Virus record (IMG/VR): IMGVR_UViG_3300018428_002563
Location: 1-64,000 of that record
DNA from: a virus
Lineage: Duplodnaviria > Caudoviricetes
Reading direction: 5' to 3' (one strand)
Length of the DNA stretch: 64,000 nucleotides
Below are positions 47,101 through 56,600 of this stretch, piece by piece. Every line of letters begins with the position of its first letter. The first letter of the stretch is position 1. Made by a program: the position numbers and the translations under genes. The notes beneath the pieces were generated by a model. It was given only the letters and a program-made list of their open reading frames with translations. It did no database searches and was not told where the DNA came from.

Positions 47101-50100
47101 TAATGAAATACAAGAACGTAACAAAGGTAGAGTGTTCTTTGTAAGTACTGACCAAGATGGTTTCTTCCGTGTTGGTAGATTCTTTACAGTTGACCAAGGT
47201 ACTGGTACAGTTACATTTGCTGCAAGTATTGCACTTTCAGATGTTGACGGTATTGGATTTAAACGTGGTGTTGTTGTTACTGAATTCTCAACAGACAATG
47301 CAATGAGTGACAATGCTAACGATACTGTTCCGGTTGAAAGTGCTGTTAGAGGATATGTAAACAGACGCTTAGGTTACGATCAACAAGGTAATGCTGTAAC
47401 AAATCCATTAGGACCAAGTGTTCTACAGCAAAATGGTAGTGTTCCTTTAACAGGTAACTTACAAGCAAACTCAAATACTATTACAGGTATTGCTCCTGTT
47501 GATCTTACACTTACAGCAGGCACAACCGCTGTAAACAAAGACTATGTAGATAGCAGAGCTGAAGGTGTTAAGAAGTTTAAAGACTTGCGTGACACATCAA
47601 TTGGTGGCGGACAAGCAGGTGATATTTTAGGTTTAACTGGACACTACAGTATTTGGCTTGATGCTAATAGCATTAACAATAAATCAGAGTTTGTAGCAGG
47701 CAGAGTTTTAACAAACAGTGGCGGTACAACAAACTATGGTACAATAAGCGGTTATGATGACGAAGTTTATGATAACGGTTTAGGTGATGTATATATTGTT
47801 TACTTTGATGCTGGACCAGATATTGCTACACTATCAGAATTTAATTTAGGATTTAATGGTACTACAATAGCAGGTTTAAAGAGTGGTGCACCAGCAATTT
47901 ACTCTAAACCAGACGGCGGCGTTGTTGGCGGAAATGCAAAATATATAAACGGCCCATTCCAAGATATAATTAACATATCTGAAGAGCCTTTTGTAAATGC
48001 TACGCCAGTAAGTGACATCAGTTTAAGCACACGTCGATTAGATAATGACGATGCTGTTCCTAGCACACCGTCAAATCCTACAGCATACTATAATATGCAA
48101 ATTAATCCAGGTGTGATTCTAAATGCTGACGTAAATGATAGTGCAGGCATAGTTCAATCTAAACTGGATATGCAAGAATCAGATACTTTTGTAACAACAG
48201 CAGACGATCAAATAACAATTCCAGCAACAGAAGTTGTGGTTGGATTTAATTACGAAATTATTCTTCAAGGCACTACAGACTTTACAACATTAGGTGCTAG
48301 TGCAAGCACAGCAGGAACTACATTTACAGCAACCGTAAGTAATCCTAATATAACAGGTGGCGGTACTGTTAAAAGATTACAAAGCAATATTGTTGTTAAA
48401 GATCTAGCAGACGATACAGATGCAAACAACCAAGCAACACTAGGATTGTCAAGTTTTGATGGTGCAAATTTTAAAGTTACAAGAGGACATGTACAACTTA
48501 AAGATAACGGGATACCTAAGACAAAGATAGAACAAATTGCTACACAAACTGTGCTAGGTAACTCAACAGCAAACACAGCTAACGTTGCAGAAGTGACATT
48601 TGAGACAGTAGTTAATGACGGTAAAGGTATACAACATGGTGACTTTTCAACCACAGCGATAGACGCTGAGGCTGGTCAAGAAGTTATGCTTAGAACAGAT
48701 AGCACAGCAGACGCTGAGCTATATGCTGTAACCACAACAACTACTACAGGTGAAGCAAGTAAAATTGTTTCTACAGATACTGGCGGTAATATAGATGCAC
48801 AAGGTTATAAATTAAACAACTACACAATCATAACACAATCAGGTTCAGGCAGTGATGGCGTACTTACTGTTAAATCAATACAGACAGGGGTAGGTATAAC
48901 TGTAGCAGGTGGTAGTGCAACAGACCCAGCATACACAACTGTATATGGTGATTTGAATGTTGGTAACCTAACAGATCCAGATGGTGCTGATGCTGATTCA
49001 GATCCAGATGTATTTGATAGAAGCGCACTTCATGTATCAGCTGATACAGCATTTGATACAGCGAACAGTATAACAGGTACTGAATCAAGATTTGTTGCTT
49101 CTAAATGGATGTACACAAACTTTATCGAATCAGTAGACGAAAAAGGCGCAACATCAGCAGGTATTGCTCTAGGTTCATACAGCGGGAAAGTTGATGTAGG
49201 TAATGTTGGTATTATTGCAACTAACGGAACAGTACAGAAAACTGTTGCTTCGTTTGGTATGCTAGATAGCGACAGTGACGGAACAGTAGATACTCTTGCT
49301 ATTTGGCCTGAAGATGACAACACTGTTGATATCGGTAACGCTAACTATCGTTACAAAACAATTTATGTTAAAGCTGTAAATGTAGATGGAGATATTACTT
49401 CTAGTGGTGGTACATTTGGTAATATCCAAGTAGGTGTAACCGCTGATGGTGAAATTGATACTTCGGATGGTGATCTTACACTAGACAGTACTGGCGGTAC
49501 AGTTATAGTTGACGATAATCTTACAGTTGAAGGTACATCAACTCTTAAAGGTGATGTAGACATAGGCAATGCTATAGCCAGTGACACGTTGACTGTGTCG
49601 GCAAAAGTTGACTCTAATTTTATACCAAGCGGTACATCACGTAACTTAGGAGATTCTACAGATTATTGGGCAAATGTGTTTACAAGAAGTTTAACCACAG
49701 GTGCAAATACAACAACAGGTACTATAACTGGTGACTGGTCACTGACTTCAGGATCTAAATTACAGTCAACATATGCTGACTTGGCTGAGATGTATTCAGC
49801 AGATGCAGAGTATGAAGTAGGAACTGTGGTTGTGTTTGGTGGCGAAGCAGAAATTACACTTACTAATACTAAAGGCGACACAAGAGTTGCTGGCGTAGTA
49901 AGTGAAAATCCAGCGTTCGTAATGAACCAAGAATGTCCAGGCATTGCAACCTGCATTGCATTACAAGGAAGAGTACCATGTAAAGTTATAGGCACTGTTA
50001 AAAAAGGTGACATGCTTGTAACTAGTGCAATTCCTGGTTACGCTATTGTTAATAACACACCAGGAGTTGGTAGTGTAATTGGTAAGGCTGTAACAACTAA

Positions 50101-50149
50101 AGATACTGATGACAAAGGTATTGTTGAAGTAGTAGTAGGACGAGTATAA
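41198..50149 (+). CDS. Giant tail fibre/baseplate-associated virion protein (2983 aa)
   Basis: N-terminal IG..GNDGTGDSIRESFRKVNENF (T4 gp9/gp10-like), pectin-lyase-like segments, C-terminal ADLAEMY..GRVPCKV chaperone-like domain. Confidence 0.8.
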   Translation: MARQEVDIGIEGNDGTGDSIRESFRKVNENFQEIYAVVGKGGQITFTLLADTPDSLNPFKGDGVDAYLPIVSQDGTEIEIRKLGSDSDENPANVDTIDVSVATNGKIILKLNSITLQSDAKPVLGGPLNAAGVAIANVGTELDDVTGFNNTHGTSFSIDDIVIDKKFADKNYIRRQDPGETINVPAEPADGSSYTKVFTVSLSSAVGVGTALIPQHGLTRGSDGAAYIFNTSGTGLNWSRIDPATDTLVSSTDLDDNNQLIYGPLENGDVVYLGILDENNIGFFANPEDALLNDSVERNRRRYKLTTTDSAGLSITDGGFNEDLEGFFLSHQVMPRDSIVRRQGDTMEGPLTLHDHPGDLAGAGTPNGIADLQAVSKLYVDSQSTESSANIFVSVVGNDAQNVAPPGKEGSSLAYAYRTIGAAARKAEQIQIASPFEPGPYMQDIFTSRVINEGDPAVVELSQVTQRGYATGAGLDSRGNTKSLVDANKNFIIAEVIAWKNEQIENKATTTVGTTTVNWTDRVVNDRALELDLSIALDAALLDHVAGTLASALSTRVGVEFYNDEYGRSQNGLLKTVYAHLLEQARTITASIITNTPVTPSQTIYTQELITFGSNQPDSDDAASVTGISGNMAIQRDIVLNGVFSAETPQTGNRYELFFSNSVNGISQGKVDQGDPQNRDLRVGKVIRGKTSGAIGKIIRYFTGDDNINNPGSTDDLAELELLTPVEFTIGEKLEMGNIVNNRQITIRIETGQYFEDYPIRVPANVSLVGDEFRRVIIRPKDEVSQSPWSGTYFYRDKEFDGLTGDSDSVTGVADPNLPVDGEAYINPLTGETDGYFGRHYLYNPNLPKNVDNGGNLAITNPGQYVDAAVLIEKNKEFVIAEVIAFLDFSKDQSNQGQPGYTGYAGVVWDDQARDRYRRTIGSLCDAIAADLRAGGSINTLHIQGSIFFDGLNYTNEATPRYQSIISAADVIQNVIINNAYNNILYAAFKGSDHPTQYINTNLTGGADVAGNGNLVYDIVELIKWGNDESPNNDWNPAKRSTALDAFLMNDATILRNMTVQGHGGFMCVLDPEGQILTKSPYIQTGSSFSQSLNRQAFRGGMLVDAFCANTPVKVTSVEANGFELLVTADPGSGLSIRKPQTPCPFYINGIRYQVNDVTDYNDGGALLAPTARLILDSTSGPVSDANPDINIGWDEVELPIPGGGYAITLQTAGNRSQLGNDFTQVNDLGYGLVTINGGLSEMVSMFTYYCHTAYYAGNGGQIRSLNGSNANGVYGLVSQGSDPNEVPDNVVLKNDMVQSAKTFSAVTVLELTANLSVTAGDAIANAGSTPSASGESVFATVGKKLYLDTTSGSFTPGDSIFVNGVDSGVDIALNGVDTTGYTNVATQLSMHVYDLEHIPTNKGEIDYYHDDDPVSPLNRIGRYELANIQTMNGILVDGYTLDNTEYVFNPVARTTNVNGVVGNDESDPVTETTEAVIVISKSQQTVNGQSGIYKVNIFGTERGDHYKIGDTFTISGTQLGGVSPTHDATVTVTEINRSTVNIDNGIQTGSIRRMSISGAINIIPNFTPQRDGQVYKLNFSTSNDQFDNDGLFQDIPVNQPVDIRQNQTHLFRDIESVGSLTIRPSTAVNFDDDPLDTYRSISFGVNDSAGGLLLDDESLTGFDATYDFVQLLINDSYKNLAGSTLSVPSSSTTLGGTQGDTTIAIERLSELKDIFKLNNNFDTDAQFQTIPADDTGRDYTITYELPKVISWRGKKHIVYNYREVKVESGNHNIKTTFSEENTYAVVDLKEIEEVKLTLNDYGSWERDVFYNLAQRSVLVRQVGNTSASGKVKVAQFNENVLDLYDWSGVNFNTTGALEISIDNGATYTTMTDLATNSVNLVPTLVEIRDTNVTGVASGISQPLSQGFNSVIALRAGLQDGAPAKITIQISTCRATGHDFLDIGTGSFNQTNYPNVILGFPAREAVQDNEIQERNKGRVFFVSTDQDGFFRVGRFFTVDQGTGTVTFAASIALSDVDGIGFKRGVVVTEFSTDNAMSDNANDTVPVESAVRGYVNRRLGYDQQGNAVTNPLGPSVLQQNGSVPLTGNLQANSNTITGIAPVDLTLTAGTTAVNKDYVDSRAEGVKKFKDLRDTSIGGGQAGDILGLTGHYSIWLDANSINNKSEFVAGRVLTNSGGTTNYGTISGYDDEVYDNGLGDVYIVYFDAGPDIATLSEFNLGFNGTTIAGLKSGAPAIYSKPDGGVVGGNAKYINGPFQDIINISEEPFVNATPVSDISLSTRRLDNDDAVPSTPSNPTAYYNMQINPGVILNADVNDSAGIVQSKLDMQESDTFVTTADDQITIPATEVVVGFNYEIILQGTTDFTTLGASASTAGTTFTATVSNPNITGGGTVKRLQSNIVVKDLADDTDANNQATLGLSSFDGANFKVTRGHVQLKDNGIPKTKIEQIATQTVLGNSTANTANVAEVTFETVVNDGKGIQHGDFSTTAIDAEAGQEVMLRTDSTADAELYAVTTTTTTGEASKIVSTDTGGNIDAQGYKLNNYTIITQSGSGSDGVLTVKSIQTGVGITVAGGSATDPAYTTVYGDLNVGNLTDPDGADADSDPDVFDRSALHVSADTAFDTANSITGTESRFVASKWMYTNFIESVDEKGATSAGIALGSYSGKVDVGNVGIIATNGTVQKTVASFGMLDSDSDGTVDTLAIWPEDDNTVDIGNANYRYKTIYVKAVNVDGDITSSGGTFGNIQVGVTADGEIDTSDGDLTLDSTGGTVIVDDNLTVEGTSTLKGDVDIGNAIASDTLTVSAKVDSNFIPSGTSRNLGDSTDYWANVFTRSLTTGANTTTGTITGDWSLTSGSKLQSTYADLAEMYSADAEYEVGTVVVFGGEAEITLTNTKGDTRVAGVVSENPAFVMNQECPGIATCIALQGRVPCKVIGTVKKGDMLVTSAIPGYAIVNNTPGVGSVIGKAVTTKDTDDKGIVEVVVGRV

Positions 50150-50301
50150 TGGAAAAGAAACGCCCACAAGGAAAAAGTTTTACTAATGAAAATGGAAGAC
50201 GATTAACAGTGATCGCCAATCGTGGTCCTAGATTACAAGTAAAGGTCATTGGAGATCCTAAAGGAAAAGCCGATGAAGCACTTAAAAAAATTAGGCGATA
50301 A
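50149..50301 (+). CDS. Small basic protein (50 aa, not in ORF track)
   Basis: MEKKRPQGKS...KKIRR; TAATG coupling, AGGA RBS. Confidence 0.45.
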   Translation: MEKKRPQGKSFTNENGRRLTVIANRGPRLQVKVIGDPKGKADEALKKIRR

Positions 50302-50323
50302 ATATAGTAAATAGGATAAGCAA

Positions 50324-53300
50324 ATGGCCAATAGATTTCCACTAGTAATAGACACAACATCAGGTAACCAGTTTAGAGAATTACCAGACGGAGATAATCT
50401 ATTACTTACAAATAGTAGCATTGTAAATGCTTTAGATATTACAGCATTAGGAACAGTTACAGCAAGCCAATTAGTTGTTGATGGTACAGTATTTAGAAAC
50501 GACTATAACGACCTGCAGAATCTTCCAACAATACCAACTAGTATACTACAACTAGGAATTGGGGACGGAACATCAGGACAGTTTTTAACTACAAATGGCA
50601 CAGGAACTATTAGTTTCCAAAACATTCCTACACAAGATCCTACCATGGGTGGGGATTTACAAGGCTCTGCAAGTAATGCACAAATTAAAGCAAATACAAT
50701 TGGCATAGACGAATTAGATGTTGATGACGGAACTATTGGCCAAGTTCTTGCTACAGACGGTTCAGGCAATTTACAATTTATTGACATGTCCGGCGGCGGT
50801 GGCGGCGGTGGCGCTACTAGCTTTTTAGGGCTATCAGGACAAATTGGATTATCGCAAATTGATGATGATTTTATTACTCCTGAAAAATTAAAAGATAACG
50901 GCCAAACACCTACACCAGGACAATACTTAACAGTAGCAGCTGGTGGTGACTTTGAATACTTAGATATTCCTACAACTAATCCACAATGGGACGATGTACA
51001 AAATAAACCTACTATTCCTGCTACACTTACTGATTTAGGTATTTCAGAAGGTAACGATGGCGATGTTTTAAAAACAGACGGCGCTGGAACTTATACATTT
51101 ACAGCATTTAATTCTATTGAAAATATAGAGTTTAGTGGAACAACAATAAGAACTGTTCCAGATAACAGCAACATTGCTATAGATCCAAAAGGCAACGGGT
51201 ATGTAAATATTATTGGTACAAACGGTGTTGTAATTCCTAAGGGTACTTCTGCACAAAGGGCGCCTGATGTTGCAGGTGCTATGCGTTTGAATACAGAACT
51301 AGGAATATTTGAAGGGTATGATGGTAGTAATTGGAATGGTTTAGGCGGCGTAAGATCAGTAGATGGACTAACATATGTTAGTGCTGAACTAACTCCAAAT
51401 GCAAGCGATGATACTTTAAGATTTATTACTAATAGTCAAACTAGTGCAACATTAACAGAAAGTTTACTAGATTTAAATTCAGCTGTTAGTGTAAAGATTA
51501 GAAGCACACAGTCCGCATTAGATTTTGATAGTGGTGCTCTTAGTGTTGACGGCGGTGTTAGTATTAAAGGTAACCTTATTGTTAGTGGTGCTATTACTGT
51601 AAACGAAGAATTCAATACAAGTGTAAAAGTAAATGCTACAGCATTGTCAGGCGGAACACAAACTTCAATTGTAACTGTAAATCCAGCAGATATAGATTAC
51701 TTTAATACAGGTCAAAAAATAAGAATTTTTGGTGCAAGTGCGGATAACATAGATCAAGATACTTCTAATCTTGGAATACAGGTTAATAGAGTAGGCTTTG
51801 CTACTCCAGATGGTAGTGGTAACGAAGTTACATTTAGTTATAGAGTTGCACAAATGGATACACAATCAGGTAAGATAAGTGCTGTATCTAGTGCTGTAGA
51901 TATTACTATTGAACCGGACGAAATAAACGATTTTAACAACAACAAAAACTTACAACTAGTAGTAAGTCGTGTAAGTTCGGCACACAATATTTTAATTTAT
52001 AGAAAAATTGGTTCCGAAGTTAACTATACACTTCTAAAAGTATTAGGTCCAAAAGAACTAGGAGTTGCTCTTAGCAATGTAGTATGGACAGATTATTATG
52101 ACTTTGATGTTGCACCCTGGAGTAAAAGAACTACACAAGGATTGTTTACAACTGATAGTGGACTTGTGCATGTTCCACTTGTAGCATCAGCAACACCAAA
52201 ACTTGGTTGGATTGATACAGAAATTACACAAATTGATCCTAATACAAATAACTTAACAGTAGCAAATAGTTTTTATGCAAGCCAAACTAGTATAGAAGTA
52301 GTTGTTGACGATACAGAAGCTGTACAACTTGCAATAGACTCTGCTAAAGCTCAAAATAGAAATAGTTATGAGCTTGAAAATAGAACATACTTTATAAAGC
52401 GTTTAGAAATTCCAGATGGATTTACACTAAAAGGAAGTGGCGACCAAACTAGAATTATCAAGCAATATTGGTCAACTGAAACATCAACAGGTGACAATAC
52501 AATAATAAGACCTAAGTCAGGGTATACAAGTTATAGTAATATAACAATAAGAGATTTAAGAATAGATGGTAATGCACAAAACCAATATTTGTCAACTGAC
52601 ACAACTTCAGAGTTTTTAAACTTTGCGTTTTATCTATATGGTAATGACTTACTTTACGAAAACATTGAGTTAGATAACGTAATAGGTGGCGGCATATATG
52701 CTTACCATCCAACAATTACAAATAACTTAACAATACTTAACAGTGAAATTACAAGCGGTGGACTGACATATAGTTATGATTATCAACCTTTATATGCAGA
52801 TGAATGTAGAACTATTAAAATAGCTCATAACACATTTAGAGATTTCCCAGGACCAATAAGTGTAAGTGCTGTACAAAAAGGTATAGTTTCTCCGAACATT
52901 GTTGATAATTGCGGAGAAGGAATATTTGCATATGGTGCAACCAAGATAGTACTTTCACCAAACGTATTATTAGGTCCAGCAGGCGAATTTATTGCTAATC
53001 CAGATGTACTTAATTCAGAGTATGATAGTGTCAACATAACTTTAGAACCAAATATAGACTTTAACAGTCCTGCATACGTCTATCAAGAAAACGGCGCATT
53101 TTTTGACTTTACAGCAAATCAAGGTAGCCTTACAGGACTTATAAATGAACTAACCAAAGTGAATAACGTAGAAGAGCTTGTTATTCCAGGTGGATCTAAT
53201 CCGGATTACAGCCAAACACTAGGAGGAGAAGATTACATATCATTCACTACCCCAGGCGATGCTAACGGCAATTTCCAATTTAGAATAGTAACAGGAAAGG

Positions 53301-53680
53301 TAAATGACTTACTAAGTAGAGCAGGTTATTCAACTTTACTTGCAAGTAATCCTAACTCACAGGGACTAGTATATAGAATAGTTGCAACAGAATATGTACC
53401 AACTAAAACTATTGTAGGGTTGGGTAGCACAGATGGTAATAACGACTATGTTCTTCCACTAGATAGTGTAGACGGTCTAAATGTAAGCGATGTGGTCCGC
53501 TTAGTGAACCACAGTACAACTCCTGCATCAGGAGGATTGAACGGAACCATAAATTCAATAAATACGATAAGCAATACTATAACAATTGATTTTGGTGTAA
53601 CCACAATTCAAACGCCGGCGAGTTCCGGACAAGTTGCACTACAAAATAATTTCGTAGTAGCCAAAGGGAAAATTAACTAA
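50324..53680 (+). CDS. Tail fibre/spike-like protein with beta-helix region
   Basis: Repeats DGTSGQFLTTNGTG/DGTIGQVLATDGSG/EGNDGDVLKTDGAG; IPKGTSAQR..FEGYDG; DDTEAVQLAID and IDGN beta-helix motifs. Confidence 0.75.
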   Translation: MANRFPLVIDTTSGNQFRELPDGDNLLLTNSSIVNALDITALGTVTASQLVVDGTVFRNDYNDLQNLPTIPTSILQLGIGDGTSGQFLTTNGTGTISFQNIPTQDPTMGGDLQGSASNAQIKANTIGIDELDVDDGTIGQVLATDGSGNLQFIDMSGGGGGGGATSFLGLSGQIGLSQIDDDFITPEKLKDNGQTPTPGQYLTVAAGGDFEYLDIPTTNPQWDDVQNKPTIPATLTDLGISEGNDGDVLKTDGAGTYTFTAFNSIENIEFSGTTIRTVPDNSNIAIDPKGNGYVNIIGTNGVVIPKGTSAQRAPDVAGAMRLNTELGIFEGYDGSNWNGLGGVRSVDGLTYVSAELTPNASDDTLRFITNSQTSATLTESLLDLNSAVSVKIRSTQSALDFDSGALSVDGGVSIKGNLIVSGAITVNEEFNTSVKVNATALSGGTQTSIVTVNPADIDYFNTGQKIRIFGASADNIDQDTSNLGIQVNRVGFATPDGSGNEVTFSYRVAQMDTQSGKISAVSSAVDITIEPDEINDFNNNKNLQLVVSRVSSAHNILIYRKIGSEVNYTLLKVLGPKELGVALSNVVWTDYYDFDVAPWSKRTTQGLFTTDSGLVHVPLVASATPKLGWIDTEITQIDPNTNNLTVANSFYASQTSIEVVVDDTEAVQLAIDSAKAQNRNSYELENRTYFIKRLEIPDGFTLKGSGDQTRIIKQYWSTETSTGDNTIIRPKSGYTSYSNITIRDLRIDGNAQNQYLSTDTTSEFLNFAFYLYGNDLLYENIELDNVIGGGIYAYHPTITNNLTILNSEITSGGLTYSYDYQPLYADECRTIKIAHNTFRDFPGPISVSAVQKGIVSPNIVDNCGEGIFAYGATKIVLSPNVLLGPAGEFIANPDVLNSEYDSVNITLEPNIDFNSPAYVYQENGAFFDFTANQGSLTGLINELTKVNNVEELVIPGGSNPDYSQTLGGEDYISFTTPGDANGNFQFRIVTGKVNDLLSRAGYSTLLASNPNSQGLVYRIVATEYVPTKTIVGLGSTDGNNDYVLPLDSVDGLNVSDVVRLVNHSTTPASGGLNGTINSINTISNTITIDFGVTTIQTPASSGQVALQNNFVVAKGKIN

Positions 53681-56600
53681 TGTCAAGTCTAAATAACATA
53701 AACAATAATGCTTCGGTCGTAAACGTAGGTAGAACTACTCCAGTAACACCCGGCGCACAACCAGCAGCAAACAGTATTCCGGTTGTGGTTGCTACAGATC
53801 AAACAGCAATTCCAGTCGTTGAACAGAACAAAATACAATCAGAGGTTGCACTTTCTCTACTTGGTATTCCAAGATCAGAAGTTGCACTAGGTATATTTGC
53901 AGACGTTAACACTTACGATGTTAACCCAAGCGAATGGTCAAGTGAACCAGCAGAATATTCACAAGTTCCAAATACAGCATCTCAATATAGTGGAATTGGC
54001 GGAGTACAAGACTGGGGTATTTTGCACTTACCAGAAGAATCAGGTGCAATGGTTACAGCACCGGCAGACGAGACATCAGTACTAACAAGTAAAAGATTTT
54101 TTAGATATCAACCAGGACGTGTTTCTGCAGCTACATTTGGTATTAAGAGTTCATTTGCATCAGGCAATGTTGTAGGTGCAGGACAAAGACCACCAACACG
54201 TAACCCTGACGTTAAAAAATATGGTATCTTTGATAAGTTTGATGGCTACTATTGGGAAACAAGAGATACTGGTCAAGGCGACCAATTTGCTGTAGTAAGA
54301 CGTACACAGTCTATTATTAGAAAAAATCCATTAGAATTTGGTAACAGTGCAGGACAGCAATTAGAAGATCATGCACTAGGTGGTAAGGCTCCCGGACAAC
54401 CAGCAAGCACATATAACCAATATCCTACAGCAACCAAATACTTGACAGCAAACAAATTTGATCTAATTGACGGAAGTGTACTAAGCAATAGTGCTGTTAA
54501 ATGTCAAAGAGATTTAGGTTACTTCCTTGAAGCAATAGGAACAGACATTACACTTGGCACTAACTACGGTAGTACATTCCAAGGACTTGCAGAGTCAAAC
54601 TCCAACGAGTATCCTTTACCAACAAGTGTTACTGATGCAATTAACAGTTCACAAACTGAAGTTAAATCATTAGCAGGTGTTGATAACACAGCAGACGCGG
54701 CTGTAGACACATGGTATAACAATTTACGTGCTATTGCTGTTGATCCTGCTACACGAGTAGACTATGCTAGTGCAACACAGGCAGAGCAAATTGCTTTCCT
54801 AAAGGCTGTTACATTTACTAATCCAACTAGCGGCGGATCAGCAAGTAGAGAAGCTGTAAAAGATCAACTAGTTGCAAACAGAGACTTTATAGCGGCAGAA
54901 ATAAATGCTTGGGTAGCAGATCAATATCCAAGTGCTAGTCACAATGTAAACAAATGTACACGAGATGTATTGTTTGTTCTAAACGCTGTTAGTTATGATA
55001 TATTATATGGCGGAAACAGTGCTACATACGATGCTGGCAGGTTCTTCTTTTACGATGGGTTTAGTAAGAGCGACCAAACAGCAAACTATATTACACAAAC
55101 TGTTGCAGCATATGGTAGACTTGCAGATATTATAGACGACATAGTTAAAGACGTTACTATTGTTAAAACAACAGGTAACAGTGAAACACAAGTTACAGGC
55201 AATGGTGTTGCAAACCAAACAGAAGCAGATCTAGCTGTTACATATACAAACGTAATTAAAGATGTAATTAGCGAAGGCGACATACTGTTAAGTCTTCCTG
55301 TTACAAGAACAGTTCCAGATACTTCTTGGGGTGCAGCTTCAATGACAGCGGCACAAGCGGCTATTACAGCTGCTACACAAACAATAGTAGAAACTGTGGC
55401 TCCAGTAACATTTACAGGAGATGATTTAAAATGTAAGAGAGATTTAGAATTTGCGCTAGATGCTTACATTAACGATTTAAGATGGGGCGGTGATGGACAT
55501 ATAATTGCAAACGCGGCAACCTATAATACAGCATTACTTACAGACGCAGAGCGTGAGGGAGAAACTCACTATTATTTCAGAAATAAGCTAAGAGAAAAAT
55601 TAGCAGAAATTGGCGAACTAGATGCAAGAACTAAAATTGGTAATCTTGCTAAATTCCAAATACAGGCTGTGACAGCAAATGGTTCAGGTGCATACCCTGC
55701 ACAACAAGGACCAGATGGAACAACAGGATTTATTACAAATGCACAAATTGCTAGTGCTACATATGGCCAGCGTAGTAAAATAGAAACTATATTCAGTGTA
55801 TATGCACTTTACTATGGTTATCTTGTAAGTGAGAGTTTAACATATGATACAGCAACACATTTGCCTGACGGAGCAGATCCTAATGATTTCTTAAATGTAT
55901 TGAAGTTTAAGTGTATTAGAGATGTTAAGTATGTTGTTAACGGATATGCAAGCGACTTACAGTTCGGTGGCAACGCAGCTACAGCATACAATGCATTTAA
56001 ATATTACAGTGACGGCGCATTAAAAGTTTATTCACAAACAAATGGTGGTGTAGTTGCTGAAATTAATAGACATACATTTTTGAAAGATCTATTAACAGCA
56101 ACAGGCACAGTAGATGTAACACGTAGTGATTCTCAAAATGTTGCTATACCAAGTTTAGCAACACGTTTTGCTTTAACAACAGAGCAAACAGACAAGCTGA
56201 ATACACTCGCTAACATTATTATAAACAACTTTACTACACAATACGCCGGTTCAGTAGATTATGGTACAGCAGGACAGTTTGGCGATCTTGTTATTTTAAG
56301 GGATGGATTAATTATGGTGCATGCTGCAGCTTACGATCCTACACTATTAAAGCCAAGACTAAAAACACCAGCACAAATTGATACAACAAATAATACCTTT
56401 ACACTTGCAGAAGGAAGTGTTATAATAGGACAGTATGTAAACTATTATGGTGATTGCCCAGAACTAGTTGATGGTAAAACATATTGGGTAAGTGAAGTAA
56501 AAGGACCTAAAGGTAATGTAATTACATTAATGGATCCTGCGGTTGCAGACTTTGATCAATTTGACGTAACACCTAGTAACAACACTCCAATTACACTAAC

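Noticed and set aside
50791-50813. GGC repeat
   Set aside because: Encodes an in-frame poly-Gly linker; not a DNA-level element.
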